A DNA stretch of 64,000 bases. Source: Acidobacteriota bacterium (GTDB lineage Bacteria > Acidobacteriota > Thermoanaerobaculia > Gp7-AA8 > JAHWKK01). Shown piece after piece: positions 38,277 through 48,085 of this stretch. The stretch covers positions 31,059 through 95,058 of the forward strand of contig JAHWKK010000003.1 in NCBI GenBank assembly GCA_019347945.1. Direction: 5' to 3'. Numbering within the stretch: position 1 is the first letter of the stretch; every line of letters begins with the position of its first letter. Both the position numbers and the translations under genes were made by a program. Below the pieces are notes generated by a model that searched no databases, had not been told where the DNA came from, and saw only the letters and a program-made list of their open reading frames with translations.

Positions 38277-38836
38277 TTTTTGTTTCTCCCTTGTTTGTTG
38301 TTGTCCGGCGCTAACCGGTTCTGCTCCATAGGTCGGCGGGAGAGGAGAAAAAATACAGGCGGGCCAATTCTTATTTTGCGGAGCTCGATCCGGATCAGCC
38401 AAAATGAGGGGCGACCTGGAGATCTGCGCGAGCAGCGGCGTCGAAGAAAAACCTCAGTGGTGCTCGATCAGCAGGGGAAGACCGTTTGGTACCTTCCCTC
38501 GGGGCGCGTGATTGATGCGAGCTCGAAAGTGTTCTCACCGCTGGGATCGATCCGCGATCCGCCATTGTTCTCCGGCAGCCGTGGATGAGGATGTCAGACG
38601 CGCCCGTATTTTTTTTGATCCCTGGCGGACTCATGAGTTGAGAACCGTACCGGGCGGGCAGCGCAGCCCGGTGCTCCCGCGCTGGCGCTAACCGGTATTT
38701 TCACCGGGTGGAGCCGGCTCGTCCGGTACGGTTCTCCTTGGGATGCTTCTGATCGCGTAACTGTCGGGAAATTCGACGTTTGTCGGATTATGAACAGGTA
38801 CGCCAAAGCTGTTTTTCATGCTAGCTCTCTTGTTTA

Positions 38837-39778
38837 GTGCCACTTAAGCTCATCTTCGGGATGGCAGCGCCCTTGGAATGTATCGAGGCATCAAATGGAG
38901 GGTACGAGTTGCAGAAAATCCTGATGGTTGATGATGAAGTCCTGGTGGCCGAGGCGCTCGCAGAGCTGTTTCGTGATGAACAGATCGAGCTCATCTCTGC
39001 GGAGGACGCCCAAAGCGCCGCCACACTGATGGAGGCGGAGTTTTATCCAGTGATTCTCGCCGACGTGCGGCTGCGTACCGAGGCGGAGGGGCTCCAGCTG
39101 CTCGAGTCGATTCGCAGGCTGAGCCCAGGTTCTCGTGTTGCCAGCGTCACCGGATTTGCGACGCCGGCGCTGGAAGCTCAGCTCAGGGAGCGGGGCGCGG
39201 AGCTGGTTCTCTACAAGCCGGTCGGGTTCGACGAGCTTCTGCGCGTGGTCCGCGAGCTCCTGGAAGCCAGGGAAGAGGATGAAGAGACAGAAGTCCCGGT
39301 CGATTTCGACGAGCTCTACACCAATCTGCAGAAGCTTCTTTACTCTCTGCCCGGGCGGCGATACGGTCTCACCGCAGACGAGACTGAGGAGGTCGTGCAG
39401 CAGGCGTGGTGCCTCCTGATCGAAAAACAGTCGCAGATCAAAAATCCGAAGGCATGGCTTGCGGGGACGGTCGTGAACCTGTGCAAGCAGGAGATCCACC
39501 GGAAAATGAACAAGCGCGAGGTCGAGACAGAGGAAGCCGCTCTGGAGCTCGAATACGGCGGAGACGCCGGTTCCGGTCCCGACGATGTGCTCATCGTACG
39601 GCAGGCGCTCGATCGCGTCGATCAGCGCAGTCGCGATCTTTGTCAGCTCATCGGGATGGAAAAACACTCATACGAAGAGGTCAGCGAGATCCTCGACCTG
39701 CCGCTCGGATCGGTCGGACCGCTATTCATCCGCGCGAAGGCAAAGTTGAAGAGAGAAATCGCAGCGGGCGCAAGCTGA
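38837..39778 (+). CDS. Response-regulator receiver domain fused to an ECF-type sigma-70-like C-terminal domain
   Basis: REC: KILMVDDEVLVAEAL...PVILADVRL...VTGF...K. C-terminal sigma region 2-like (EVVQQAWCLLIEKQSQIKNPKAWLAGTVVNLCKQEIHRK) and region 4-like HTH (SYEEVSEILDLPLGSVGPLFIRAKAKLKRE). Divergent from the pilus operon. Confidence 0.6.
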   Translation: MPLKLIFGMAAPLECIEASNGGYELQKILMVDDEVLVAEALAELFRDEQIELISAEDAQSAATLMEAEFYPVILADVRLRTEAEGLQLLESIRRLSPGSRVASVTGFATPALEAQLRERGAELVLYKPVGFDELLRVVRELLEAREEDEETEVPVDFDELYTNLQKLLYSLPGRRYGLTADETEEVVQQAWCLLIEKQSQIKNPKAWLAGTVVNLCKQEIHRKMNKREVETEEAALELEYGGDAGSGPDDVLIVRQALDRVDQRSRDLCQLIGMEKHSYEEVSEILDLPLGSVGPLFIRAKAKLKREIAAGAS

Positions 39779-40106
39779 TAAGCCGCGGGACAATCAGGAG
39801 AGGAGAGGTGTGTTCGCAGTCGTACTCCTGACGAACGCGGCAGACCCGCAGGTGGCGCTCACGGAGTCGAAGTCGCCCGCGGTCTGAGAAGACACTCCGC
39901 ATGCTCTTTGACAGCCTCTGAGATCCGGAAGGCGGTGGGGGGAGGGTTTCCCGGACGCTTTCGCGGGGCCTGTCAACTTGCATGCTCCCGTCGCTGGAAG
40001 TCGAGACAGGTGAGCGAAGCACGGTGGGCGTGATGGGTGGTCGCTCCGCCCGAGTCAGGCTCTCTCCGCGTTTCGTGTATTCTCAGAAGATTCGAAGGTG
40101 ATCGGT

Positions 40107-43100
40107 ATGACTCTTTCTGAAAAGCGCCCTGGAACATGGAGGCTTGTTCTCGCGCTGTTCCTCGCTGCGCCTACGACTGCGGGCGCGGCTGAGAAGCCTG
40201 CGGCGCTCGATCCGACGGGGCCGATCCGCCAGTACGTCCACCAGAAGTGGGGACAGGAGTCGAAGCTGCCGGTGACAACTCTGCTCTCACTGGCTCAGAC
40301 TTCGGACGGCTATCTCTGGATCGGCACTGAAGAGGGGCTGGTTCGGTTTGACGGAGTTACCTTTGAAACATTCACGACCGGCGACAGTCCAGGGCTGGCC
40401 GGAAACTACATCAACACACTCCTCGTGACCCGTGAGGGTTCGCTGCTGATCGGCACGGGCGAGGGTGGTTTCTCGCTCCTCGACGACGGACGATTCACTG
40501 CATTCGGACTCGCACACGGTCTGCTGAGCGAGAAGGTTTCGGCTCTTCTGGAGGCTCGGGACGGGACGATCTGGATCGGCACCGGGGAAGGGCTGCAGGC
40601 CTGGGACCGAAAGACCTTTCGCTCCTTCACGGGTGAGCACGGGCTTCCTTCAGGAAAAATCACTGCTCTCGCGGAGGATCGGTCCGGAGACCTGTGGGTC
40701 GCCGCCGCGGACAAGATTTCGCGCTTCGACGGCCGGAACTTCACGACCTACGAGCCCGCCGGGGGAGCCCCGGTCAAGGCGCTCCTGGCCGTCGAGGATT
40801 CTCTCTGGATCGGGACGAGCGGTGGAGGCCTCGTACGGCTCGAAGATGGCAACTTCCACAAGTTTTCCACAGCCGACGGGCTATCGGGTGACAACGTTCT
40901 CTCTCTCGCACAGGGAACCGGGGCAATCTGGATCGGGACAGGTGGGGCAAGCCTGGACCGATACGCCGGCGGAGAGTTCGCTTCATTCGATTCGGCTGAT
41001 GGGCTCGTCGGCGAGAACGTCTGGACGATCCTGGAAGATCGCGACGGGAGCGTCTGGAGCGGAGGGGCCGGAGGGCTGAACCGGTTCAAGACCTCGACCG
41101 TCCTCACCTATGGTACGCGCGACGGGCTGTCCCATCAGGTCGTCCTCCCGATTCTGCAGACCAGATCCGGAGATGTCTGGATCGGCACCGCTGGCGGCGG
41201 ACTCAATCGTTACAGGAAGGGTTCGTTCGACACCTTCACGACACGCGAGGGTCTGTCGGGTGACATCATTCTCTCGCTCTGGGAAGAGGCGGACGGAAGT
41301 CTGCTGGTTGCAACGGTCGGAGGGCTCGACCATTTCCACGACGGTCGTATCGACCGCTATGAACATGCAGATCAGATGTTTCAGGCGATCCCGCAGTCAC
41401 TGCATCGGGATCGGGACGGCGCCCTCTGGATCGGGACGACCGACCGAGGAGTGATCCGGATCGAGGATGGCGAAATCGCTCTCTTCACCACACGGGAGGG
41501 AATCGCAGGGAACAGCATTCTCGATATCCATGAAGATCGTGAAGGAGCTCTCTGGTTCGCGAGCGATGGTGGGGGACTGACCCGGTACAGCGAAGGGAGG
41601 TTCAGTACCATCACCACCCGCGAGGGACTGCCGACGAATGTGATCCTTTCAATCACCGAAGGCTCCGACGGCTCCCTCTGGCTCGGCTCGGTGGGAGCGG
41701 GCCTGATCCGGATCTTCGACGGCGCGATCACGTCCTACGGGCCGCGGGAGGGGTTCTCCGAGCATACCGTGTATCGAGCTCTCGAGGACGATCTTGGTCG
41801 GCTCTGGCTGAGCTCCACCCGAGGGATTACAGCGGTGGAAGTGAGCGCTCTCGATGAGCTCGCTGCCGGTCGTATCGACTCGATCAGTCCGCTTCGATTC
41901 GACCGGGACCACGGTATGAAGAGCAGTGAGTGCAACGGCGGCGTGGATCCGGCGGGGTGGAAGATGCGTGACGGGACCCTCTGGTTTCCCACGATGGACG
42001 GCGTCGCGGTGATCGATCCCGTGACTGCCGTACGGCGCATGGTGCCCCCCTCACCTGTGGTGATCGAGCGGGTTGTGATCGAGGGAGCTCCCGTCGATCC
42101 GGGTGAAGCGCGACTGATCGAGCGTCTCGCCGGCAAGTACGACGTCGAGATCGCGTACACCAGTCCGAGCCTTTACGACCCCGAGGGCGTGGAGTTTCGC
42201 TACCAGCTCGTGGGATTCGACCCGGGATGGATCGACGCGGGAGCTCGACGGGCGGCGTATTACACGCAGCTTCCGCCAGGGAATTACCATTTCCGGGTCG
42301 CTGCCGTGAACGGGGCGGGAGTCGTGGAGATGTCCGGAGACCCGATCGAGCTTCGTATTCGTCCTCGTCTCACCCAGCGACCTCTTTTCTACATCGGACT
42401 GCTGCTGGTTGCCGCGGCGGCAGTCATCGCCATCTACCGCTATCGCCTTCGCGCTTACGAGAAGCGACAGTCGGAGCTGGTGGCTCTGATCGAGGAGCGG
42501 GCAAGAGCGGAAGAGGCACTGCGGCAGAGCGAACAGCACTTCCGCTCTCTGATCGAGAATGCCTCCGACATTATCCTTGCCCTCGACCTGGATGGGCGAA
42601 TCCTCTACGCAAGTCCGTCCACCGCGCGAGTTCTCGGGTACCGTCCGGAGCAGATCGTGGATCGGCTGCTTTCGGATCTCGTGCATCCCGAGGACGAAGC
42701 TGCAGCGATGGTGGCACTGCGGGAGAAGACCAGCTCGAGCTCGTCGGTCTCCGTCTCGTTCCGCCTGCGGCATTCCGACGGCTCCTGGCGCTCTCTCGAG
42801 GCGGTCGCACGAAGACTGGCCGAGACTGGTGCAGCGGACTCACTCGTGGTGAACTGTCGCGACGTCACGGATCGAAATCTTCTGCAGTCTCAACTGGAGC
42901 AGGCACATCGACTGACGAGTCTCGGCAGCCTCGCTGCGACTATAGCTCACGAGTTCAATAATGTTCTGATGGGTGTTCAGCCGTTCACCGAGATCATTCA
43001 GCAGAAGAGCACCGGAGATCCTCTGCTTCAGAGCGCTGCAAAACAGATTTCCTCTGCGGTCGATCGTGGCAGGCGGATCACTGGCGAGGTCCTCCGTTAC

Positions 43101-44027
43101 GCGAGACCTTCGGAAGCTACGACGGCACCGTTCGACGTAGAGGCCTGGCTCCGAAACCTCGAGCCGGAGCTTAGAGCGCTCGTCGGCCCCGACATTGAGC
43201 TTCTGATCAGCGTCGATGACGCCGTCTCCGGAATCACAGGTGACGTACTGCAACTGAACCAGGTGATGACGAACCTCGTTCTGAATGCACGGCAGGCACT
43301 GGGGGATTCCGGAAGAATCGAGATCGACGCTCTCTCTCCGCGCCCGGGCGAACGTTACCACTTCGGTGTCGTCGACTCACCGGAGCAGTTCGTCCATCTG
43401 CTCGTTCGGGATTCCGGCACCGGAATGTCCGATGAGGTGCGGCGGCGGGTTTTCGAGCCGCTCTTCACCACGAAACGAACTGGAGGTACGGGGCTCGGAT
43501 TGACGGTCGCGCATCAGGTGGTTCAGGGGCACGGCGGCGAGATCATCGCCGAAAGCACACCGGGCGAAGGCTCCGTCTTTCACCTCTTCCTTCCACGTTC
43601 CGAGAATGCGGTCGCTCAATTCCCCGAACAGGAGACTCCTCTTCCCGAATCTTCTGGAAGAGCACTTTCCGGTCTTCGAATCGTGCTCGTCGAAGATGAC
43701 GAAAGCGTTCGTCTCGGCGTCGAGTCACTCCTGAAGAGTGAGAACATGGAGGTGGAAAGCGTCACCACGGGTCGAGATGCACTTCCTGCCATCGCCCAAT
43801 TTCGTCCCGATCTGGTCATCCTCGATCTCGGCCTGCCGGATATGGACGGCATCGACGTTTACAGGGACATCAACGGCCGATGGCCCGAGCTTCCGGTGAT
43901 CTTCTCGTCTGGCCACGGCGATCAGTCCCGCCTGGAGAAGTGCCTGGACAACCCCAGGGTCGGATTTCTCCTCAAGCCGTACGACGGCGAACGGTTGTTT
44001 CAGGAGATTCGGGTCCGCCTCGGTTGA
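40107..44027 (+). CDS. Hybrid sensor histidine kinase/response regulator with periplasmic propeller repeats, Y_Y_Y, PAS, HisKA, HATPase and REC (paralog of 17992..21582)
   Basis: ATG at 40107 after GAAGGTGA; the track gives GTG at 40098. Signal/TM segment, Reg_prop repeats (WIGTGEGL...), Y_Y_Y segment (FRYQLVGFDPGWIDAGARRAAYYTQLPPGNYHF), TM, PAS. H-box IAHEFNNVLMGVQPF. G-boxes DSGTGM and GTGLGLTVA. REC (VEDDESV...LDLGLPDMDG). Confidence 0.85.
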   Translation: MTLSEKRPGTWRLVLALFLAAPTTAGAAEKPAALDPTGPIRQYVHQKWGQESKLPVTTLLSLAQTSDGYLWIGTEEGLVRFDGVTFETFTTGDSPGLAGNYINTLLVTREGSLLIGTGEGGFSLLDDGRFTAFGLAHGLLSEKVSALLEARDGTIWIGTGEGLQAWDRKTFRSFTGEHGLPSGKITALAEDRSGDLWVAAADKISRFDGRNFTTYEPAGGAPVKALLAVEDSLWIGTSGGGLVRLEDGNFHKFSTADGLSGDNVLSLAQGTGAIWIGTGGASLDRYAGGEFASFDSADGLVGENVWTILEDRDGSVWSGGAGGLNRFKTSTVLTYGTRDGLSHQVVLPILQTRSGDVWIGTAGGGLNRYRKGSFDTFTTREGLSGDIILSLWEEADGSLLVATVGGLDHFHDGRIDRYEHADQMFQAIPQSLHRDRDGALWIGTTDRGVIRIEDGEIALFTTREGIAGNSILDIHEDREGALWFASDGGGLTRYSEGRFSTITTREGLPTNVILSITEGSDGSLWLGSVGAGLIRIFDGAITSYGPREGFSEHTVYRALEDDLGRLWLSSTRGITAVEVSALDELAAGRIDSISPLRFDRDHGMKSSECNGGVDPAGWKMRDGTLWFPTMDGVAVIDPVTAVRRMVPPSPVVIERVVIEGAPVDPGEARLIERLAGKYDVEIAYTSPSLYDPEGVEFRYQLVGFDPGWIDAGARRAAYYTQLPPGNYHFRVAAVNGAGVVEMSGDPIELRIRPRLTQRPLFYIGLLLVAAAAVIAIYRYRLRAYEKRQSELVALIEERARAEEALRQSEQHFRSLIENASDIILALDLDGRILYASPSTARVLGYRPEQIVDRLLSDLVHPEDEAAAMVALREKTSSSSSVSVSFRLRHSDGSWRSLEAVARRLAETGAADSLVVNCRDVTDRNLLQSQLEQAHRLTSLGSLAATIAHEFNNVLMGVQPFTEIIQQKSTGDPLLQSAAKQISSAVDRGRRITGEVLRYARPSEATTAPFDVEAWLRNLEPELRALVGPDIELLISVDDAVSGITGDVLQLNQVMTNLVLNARQALGDSGRIEIDALSPRPGERYHFGVVDSPEQFVHLLVRDSGTGMSDEVRRRVFEPLFTTKRTGGTGLGLTVAHQVVQGHGGEIIAESTPGEGSVFHLFLPRSENAVAQFPEQETPLPESSGRALSGLRIVLVEDDESVRLGVESLLKSENMEVESVTTGRDALPAIAQFRPDLVILDLGLPDMDGIDVYRDINGRWPELPVIFSSGHGDQSRLEKCLDNPRVGFLLKPYDGERLFQEIRVRLG

Positions 44028-44401
44028 AAGGACATGAGGCATCGCAGAGGAAGCGCGCATTGCCCTCGCAGGCTGCGCACCTGGCCCTCAGGCCGAGGCT
44101 CGGAGCTCTCGCGATCCCGGCCCGTGGTGAAACAGAGCGCGCTGATGCGCGGTGCGGGACACTCGGCCGGAAGCGAGCGACGGCACGCCCGGCTCGTCGA
44201 TGCTCGTCGCGGAGAGAGTCGAAGGAGACGTGACCTCAATCACTGACGAGGAACGAAAGCGCATTCGATCGAGAAGCTCACACACACAACGATTGCGTGA
44301 GTAGAGCCACCAAAACGAAGCCTCGAGTACTGAGCTTCTGCGCCTGCGAACAGGATGTCGTGGCGTCAATTTCGCAAAGTGCTCCTGGCGGACCAGATGA
44401 C

Positions 44402-44980
44402 ATGACTGGTGCCGGGCCGGCGGTCGCCCGAAGGTCTCTAAAACTGGTGACCGGAGCTGCCCCGGGGGTCCTTGATTTCCTCCTTCAGTCCGGGCTCCGC
44501 CCGCAGCTCGCAGGTTGTCTCCGCTTCAGGCAAGTCAAGGCGAAAGGCGAAGATTTTCTGAAACAAACCAGACAAGAGTACGAGCGTCCTCACCCGTCGG
44601 AGGGTTCGCGCCTGCGGTCCCTCATCTGGAGCATCGTCTCGCTTTTTTTCGGCTGGACGATTTTCTTTTACTGGTGGTCGATCGTTCTGAAGGAGACGAC
44701 GAGCGGAGCGTTCATCGACGTCATCGCCGGGCTGATGTTCGTCCTGGCGGTGCTGTTCATCGTCTCTATCTTCTGGATCGCCCACAACCTGCGACTCGCC
44801 CGGCGAGGGCGGCGCAGCAGTTCGACGCCTTATTTCCCGGGGTCGCGAGGCCGGGACAAGTTTGATCGATCACCGGTGATCGAGAACCTCGAGACGCTTC
44901 GGACTTGGCCGGTGGTAGTCGTCGATACTGATGAGGAGGGGAAGTCGTACGTTCGGGGTGACGAGGAGAGGGAGGCGTGA
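44402..44980 (+). CDS. PgaD-like two-TM inner-membrane protein (accessory subunit of a beta-glycan synthase); start uncertain
   Basis: Two TM helices (LIWSIVSLFFGWTIFFYWWSIVL; FIDVIAGLMFVLAVLFIVSIFWIAHNL) and a short basic tail. The stop overlaps the GT2 gene start (ATGA at 44977). The FYWWS-TM-TM arrangement resembles E. coli PgaD. Confidence 0.4.
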   Translation: MTGAGPAVARRSLKLVTGAAPGVLDFLLQSGLRPQLAGCLRFRQVKAKGEDFLKQTRQEYERPHPSEGSRLRSLIWSIVSLFFGWTIFFYWWSIVLKETTSGAFIDVIAGLMFVLAVLFIVSIFWIAHNLRLARRGRRSSSTPYFPGSRGRDKFDRSPVIENLETLRTWPVVVVDTDEEGKSYVRGDEEREA

Positions 44981-46236
44981 CGATCCTCTACAACGTCGTG
45001 CAGGCAATCGAAGCATCATTCATTTATCCGTACCTCCTTCGCTTCTACGGTTTCTATCCAATATTGATGGCGTTTACCTGGGTGGTGATGGCGATCTTCT
45101 TCTTTCGTCGCCGTGAGGCTGGAGCCGAGGCAACGCCGTACGCGGATGTGACCCCCTTCGTTTCAATCATCGTTCCGGCGTTCGACGAGGAGGCGTCGAT
45201 CGAACGGACCATTGAAGCTCTCCTGCAGCTCGACTATCCCGACTACGAGGTGGTCATCGTCAACGACGGCTCCCGAGACGGCACAACCCAGGCCGTGCGG
45301 CGTCATCTGAACGATTCTCGTGTCCGCCTCCTCGACAAGCGGATCAACGAAGGGAAGGCGATGGCGCTCAACGACGCCGTTCCGATCTGTCGCGGCGAGA
45401 TTCTTGTGTTTCTCGATGCCGACATTCTGACGACGCCAATGCTTCTTCATGCGCTGGTACCGCATTTTCTCTCGCCTCGCGTTGCAGCGGTGACAGGAAA
45501 TCCGCGCGTACTCAATCGTGGCTCGCTGCTCCGCGACCTTCAGACTCTGGAGTTCGCGTCGATCATCTCCGTGCAGCGTCGCGCCCAGCGCGTGTGGGGT
45601 CGAATACTGACGGTTTCAGGGGCGGTTTTTGCGGTACGTCGAACTGCTCTGATCAAAGTCGGCATGTTCAACCCGGAGATGGCAACCGAAGACATCGATC
45701 TCACCTGGAAACTGCAGCGAGATCTCTGGGACGTTCGTTACGAAGCGAGTGCCGTGGCGTGGATGCATGTACCGCCGACACTTCGAGAGCTCTGGAAGCA
45801 GAGACGGCGCTGGGCACGCGGGCTCGCTCAGGTGCTGAAGCGTCACTGGCGAGTACTCTTCACCTGGCAAGAGCGGCGAATGTGGCCGGTGTATTACGAG
45901 GCTTGTCTGTCGATCCTCTGGGCTTACACGTTTCTATTCGTCACCCTCTATTGGCTCGTGAGCTGGTTCGTCGGCTATCAGCCGGGGGGAGCATCACCGA
46001 TCCCGAACCTCTGGGGAATGATGATCGCGACCGCATGTATCACGCAGCTTCTCACCGGAGTGCTCATGGACAAGCGGTATGACGATGATCTCCCGCATCA
46101 CTTTCCCGTGGCAATCTTCTACCCGCTCGTCTACTGGATCCTGATGACGCTCATCACCGCGACATACACGATCGACGCGCTGGTGCGAAAGCCGCCGAAG
46201 ATGCAGACATGGAAGATAAGGAGGGCCTCCGAGTGA
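44977..46236 (+). CDS. Family 2 processive glycosyltransferase, PgaC/IcaA-like poly-beta-1,6-GlcNAc synthase
   Basis: N-terminal TM helices. GT-A core with IIVPAFDEE, DYEVVIVNDGSRDGT, FLDADI (DxD) and the QRRRWARG (QxxRW) processivity motif. Two C-terminal TM helices. 419 aa. Confidence 0.8.
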   Translation: MTILYNVVQAIEASFIYPYLLRFYGFYPILMAFTWVVMAIFFFRRREAGAEATPYADVTPFVSIIVPAFDEEASIERTIEALLQLDYPDYEVVIVNDGSRDGTTQAVRRHLNDSRVRLLDKRINEGKAMALNDAVPICRGEILVFLDADILTTPMLLHALVPHFLSPRVAAVTGNPRVLNRGSLLRDLQTLEFASIISVQRRAQRVWGRILTVSGAVFAVRRTALIKVGMFNPEMATEDIDLTWKLQRDLWDVRYEASAVAWMHVPPTLRELWKQRRRWARGLAQVLKRHWRVLFTWQERRMWPVYYEACLSILWAYTFLFVTLYWLVSWFVGYQPGGASPIPNLWGMMIATACITQLLTGVLMDKRYDDDLPHHFPVAIFYPLVYWILMTLITATYTIDALVRKPPKMQTWKIRRASE

Positions 46237-47813
46237 GACTCTTCGCTCTTTCCTGTCTGATGCTTCTCGGGGCCGTGAGTGTGACTGCGCAATCACCGGC
46301 GGATCTGATCCAGCGTGGAGACGAGGCAGCAAGACAGGATCGTCATGATGCAGCGATCGAAGCGTACGAAGCGGCAGTGGAGCTCGACCCTGCAATCCGG
46401 CCAGACCTGCTGCTTCGAATCGGACGCCAGCAACTGTGGGCTGGCCATACGGAAGAGGCCGCCGAGATCCTGGGGTCGTTCGTCGATCTGAATCCGGACC
46501 ACTGCGCCGGCCGCAACGACCTCGGGCTGGCTCTGGCCTGGGGCAACCGTCTCACCGAGGCACTCGAGCAGTACCGCTTCGTAGCCGGCCGCTGCCCTGA
46601 CCAGAGGATGACGGCGCTCCTGCGAACAGCGCTCGTGCTCCGATGGCTCGACCGTCCGGCCGAGGCCTCGGATGCATATGAGCAGGTATCGATCGAAGGG
46701 AACGCCGCGGACAGGCGCGAAGCGGAGACGGGTCTGGGTTTCATCGCTCTGTTGCTCGACCGCAATCGATCAGCCTTCCGGCGCTTCCTCGAGCTGTACG
46801 ATCCGTCCACAACTGATGGGGCAGCCGAAGGTCTGGCGATCTCCAACTACAGGCTTGGTAGAGTTGCGGCTGCGCGAGGACTGATCCGCGCGGCGGAAGA
46901 TCGGGGCGATCTGTCGCGCGACCTGCTGAATCTCCGGCAGTCGGTGGAATCGTTCGATCGATGGCAGGTTCGGTCCGATGGGACCGTTTTCGAAGATGGT
47001 GACGGAACCGGTTATCGGGGGGGAAAGCTCGGGCTTTCGAAGGGGTGGGATCTGCGCGGACGGGCGGAGCTCGCCACCGGACGATCAACGCTGGAAAATG
47101 GTTCCGACGAGATCGCGGGTACGTGGGTGGAGCTGACGGGCGAGCACCGCTGGAGTGATTCCGGGGCCGCCCGAGCTCGTCTTCGCAGGTCGAGCTTCGA
47201 TACCGGATGGGACCCCTGGAGCGGAGAGCTGCACTGGATTGCGACGCCCGACGACAATCATCGTTTCGACGTCGCGGTCGCACGTCTTCTCGTCACCGAC
47301 AATCTCGCAGCGATCGAGAACGACCTGCGCGGGGATTTCCTCTCGGCCGGTTTCGACCGGGATGTCGGATACCGGTTCACTCTCTCGGCTTCCGGGGATC
47401 TCACCCGATGGTCCGCCGGAAACGAGCGGGCGAGGATCCGGGCCTCTGTCGCAAAAATTTTCGACGGCGTTCCGCGGATGACCGTCTCCTGGCCCACGAT
47501 GGTCCAGTGGTACGACGAGCCGTTCCCCTTCAGGCTGTGGTCACCGGAGTATTACGTGGAGACCGGACCAGGGGTCAACGTCTATCGCCGATGGAAGCAG
47601 GTGTGGAATGTGAGCGCCTACGGTCGCACCGGCGTGCAAAAGGAGGAGGATCAGGACTGGAGGGTTCTCGGTGTGGCCCGTGTCGCGGTCGAGCGCGATC
47701 TGCGCGACTCGTGGGCACTGCGATTGAGCGCCGGCTGGTCGAACTCGAACGCTGCCGGGAGCGGAGGATTTCGCCGATCATCGGCTCAACTCGAGCTCGT
47801 TCGAAGATTCTGA
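46233..47813 (+). CDS. Outer-membrane export protein with N-terminal TPR repeats and a C-terminal beta-barrel (PgaA-like porin)
   Basis: GTG at 46233 overlaps the GT2 stop (GTGA) and gives signal peptide (M)RLFALSCLMLLGAVSVTAQ. TPR-like helical N-terminal half. C-terminal half has alternating beta-strand patterns and ends with an aromatic residue (..ELVRRF). The last ~170 bp is duplicated at 50774..50947. Confidence 0.5.
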   Translation: MRLFALSCLMLLGAVSVTAQSPADLIQRGDEAARQDRHDAAIEAYEAAVELDPAIRPDLLLRIGRQQLWAGHTEEAAEILGSFVDLNPDHCAGRNDLGLALAWGNRLTEALEQYRFVAGRCPDQRMTALLRTALVLRWLDRPAEASDAYEQVSIEGNAADRREAETGLGFIALLLDRNRSAFRRFLELYDPSTTDGAAEGLAISNYRLGRVAAARGLIRAAEDRGDLSRDLLNLRQSVESFDRWQVRSDGTVFEDGDGTGYRGGKLGLSKGWDLRGRAELATGRSTLENGSDEIAGTWVELTGEHRWSDSGAARARLRRSSFDTGWDPWSGELHWIATPDDNHRFDVAVARLLVTDNLAAIENDLRGDFLSAGFDRDVGYRFTLSASGDLTRWSAGNERARIRASVAKIFDGVPRMTVSWPTMVQWYDEPFPFRLWSPEYYVETGPGVNVYRRWKQVWNVSAYGRTGVQKEEDQDWRVLGVARVAVERDLRDSWALRLSAGWSNSNAAGSGGFRRSSAQLELVRRF

Positions 47814-47869
47814 CCTTCGAGACCGGTCGCGAATCTACCTTTTAACCCGCCACTCAACTGTCGTAAAGT
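47697..47869 (+). repeat. Direct repeat copy A' (3' end of the porin gene plus 55 bp downstream)
   Basis: About 88% identical to 50774..50947. Together they bracket the DUF5916 gene. Confidence 0.75.
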
Positions 47870-48085
47870 TCGACGATCTACAGATCGTTGGCCTGAAGGG
47901 AACGAAGCGCGACCTACGCTGTCAATTCGTGAGAGTTGCATGACCGGGCGGGCGAGCCGCCGCCAGGAGCTCGCGTGAATCAAGCCTCCGGCCAGACGTT
48001 GCATCGCGCAAGCTGTATCGCGTCGGCGTCTCCCAATCCGGTATTCTTCTTCACGACAGACGTAATGTGGGATGGAATTGTGCGA

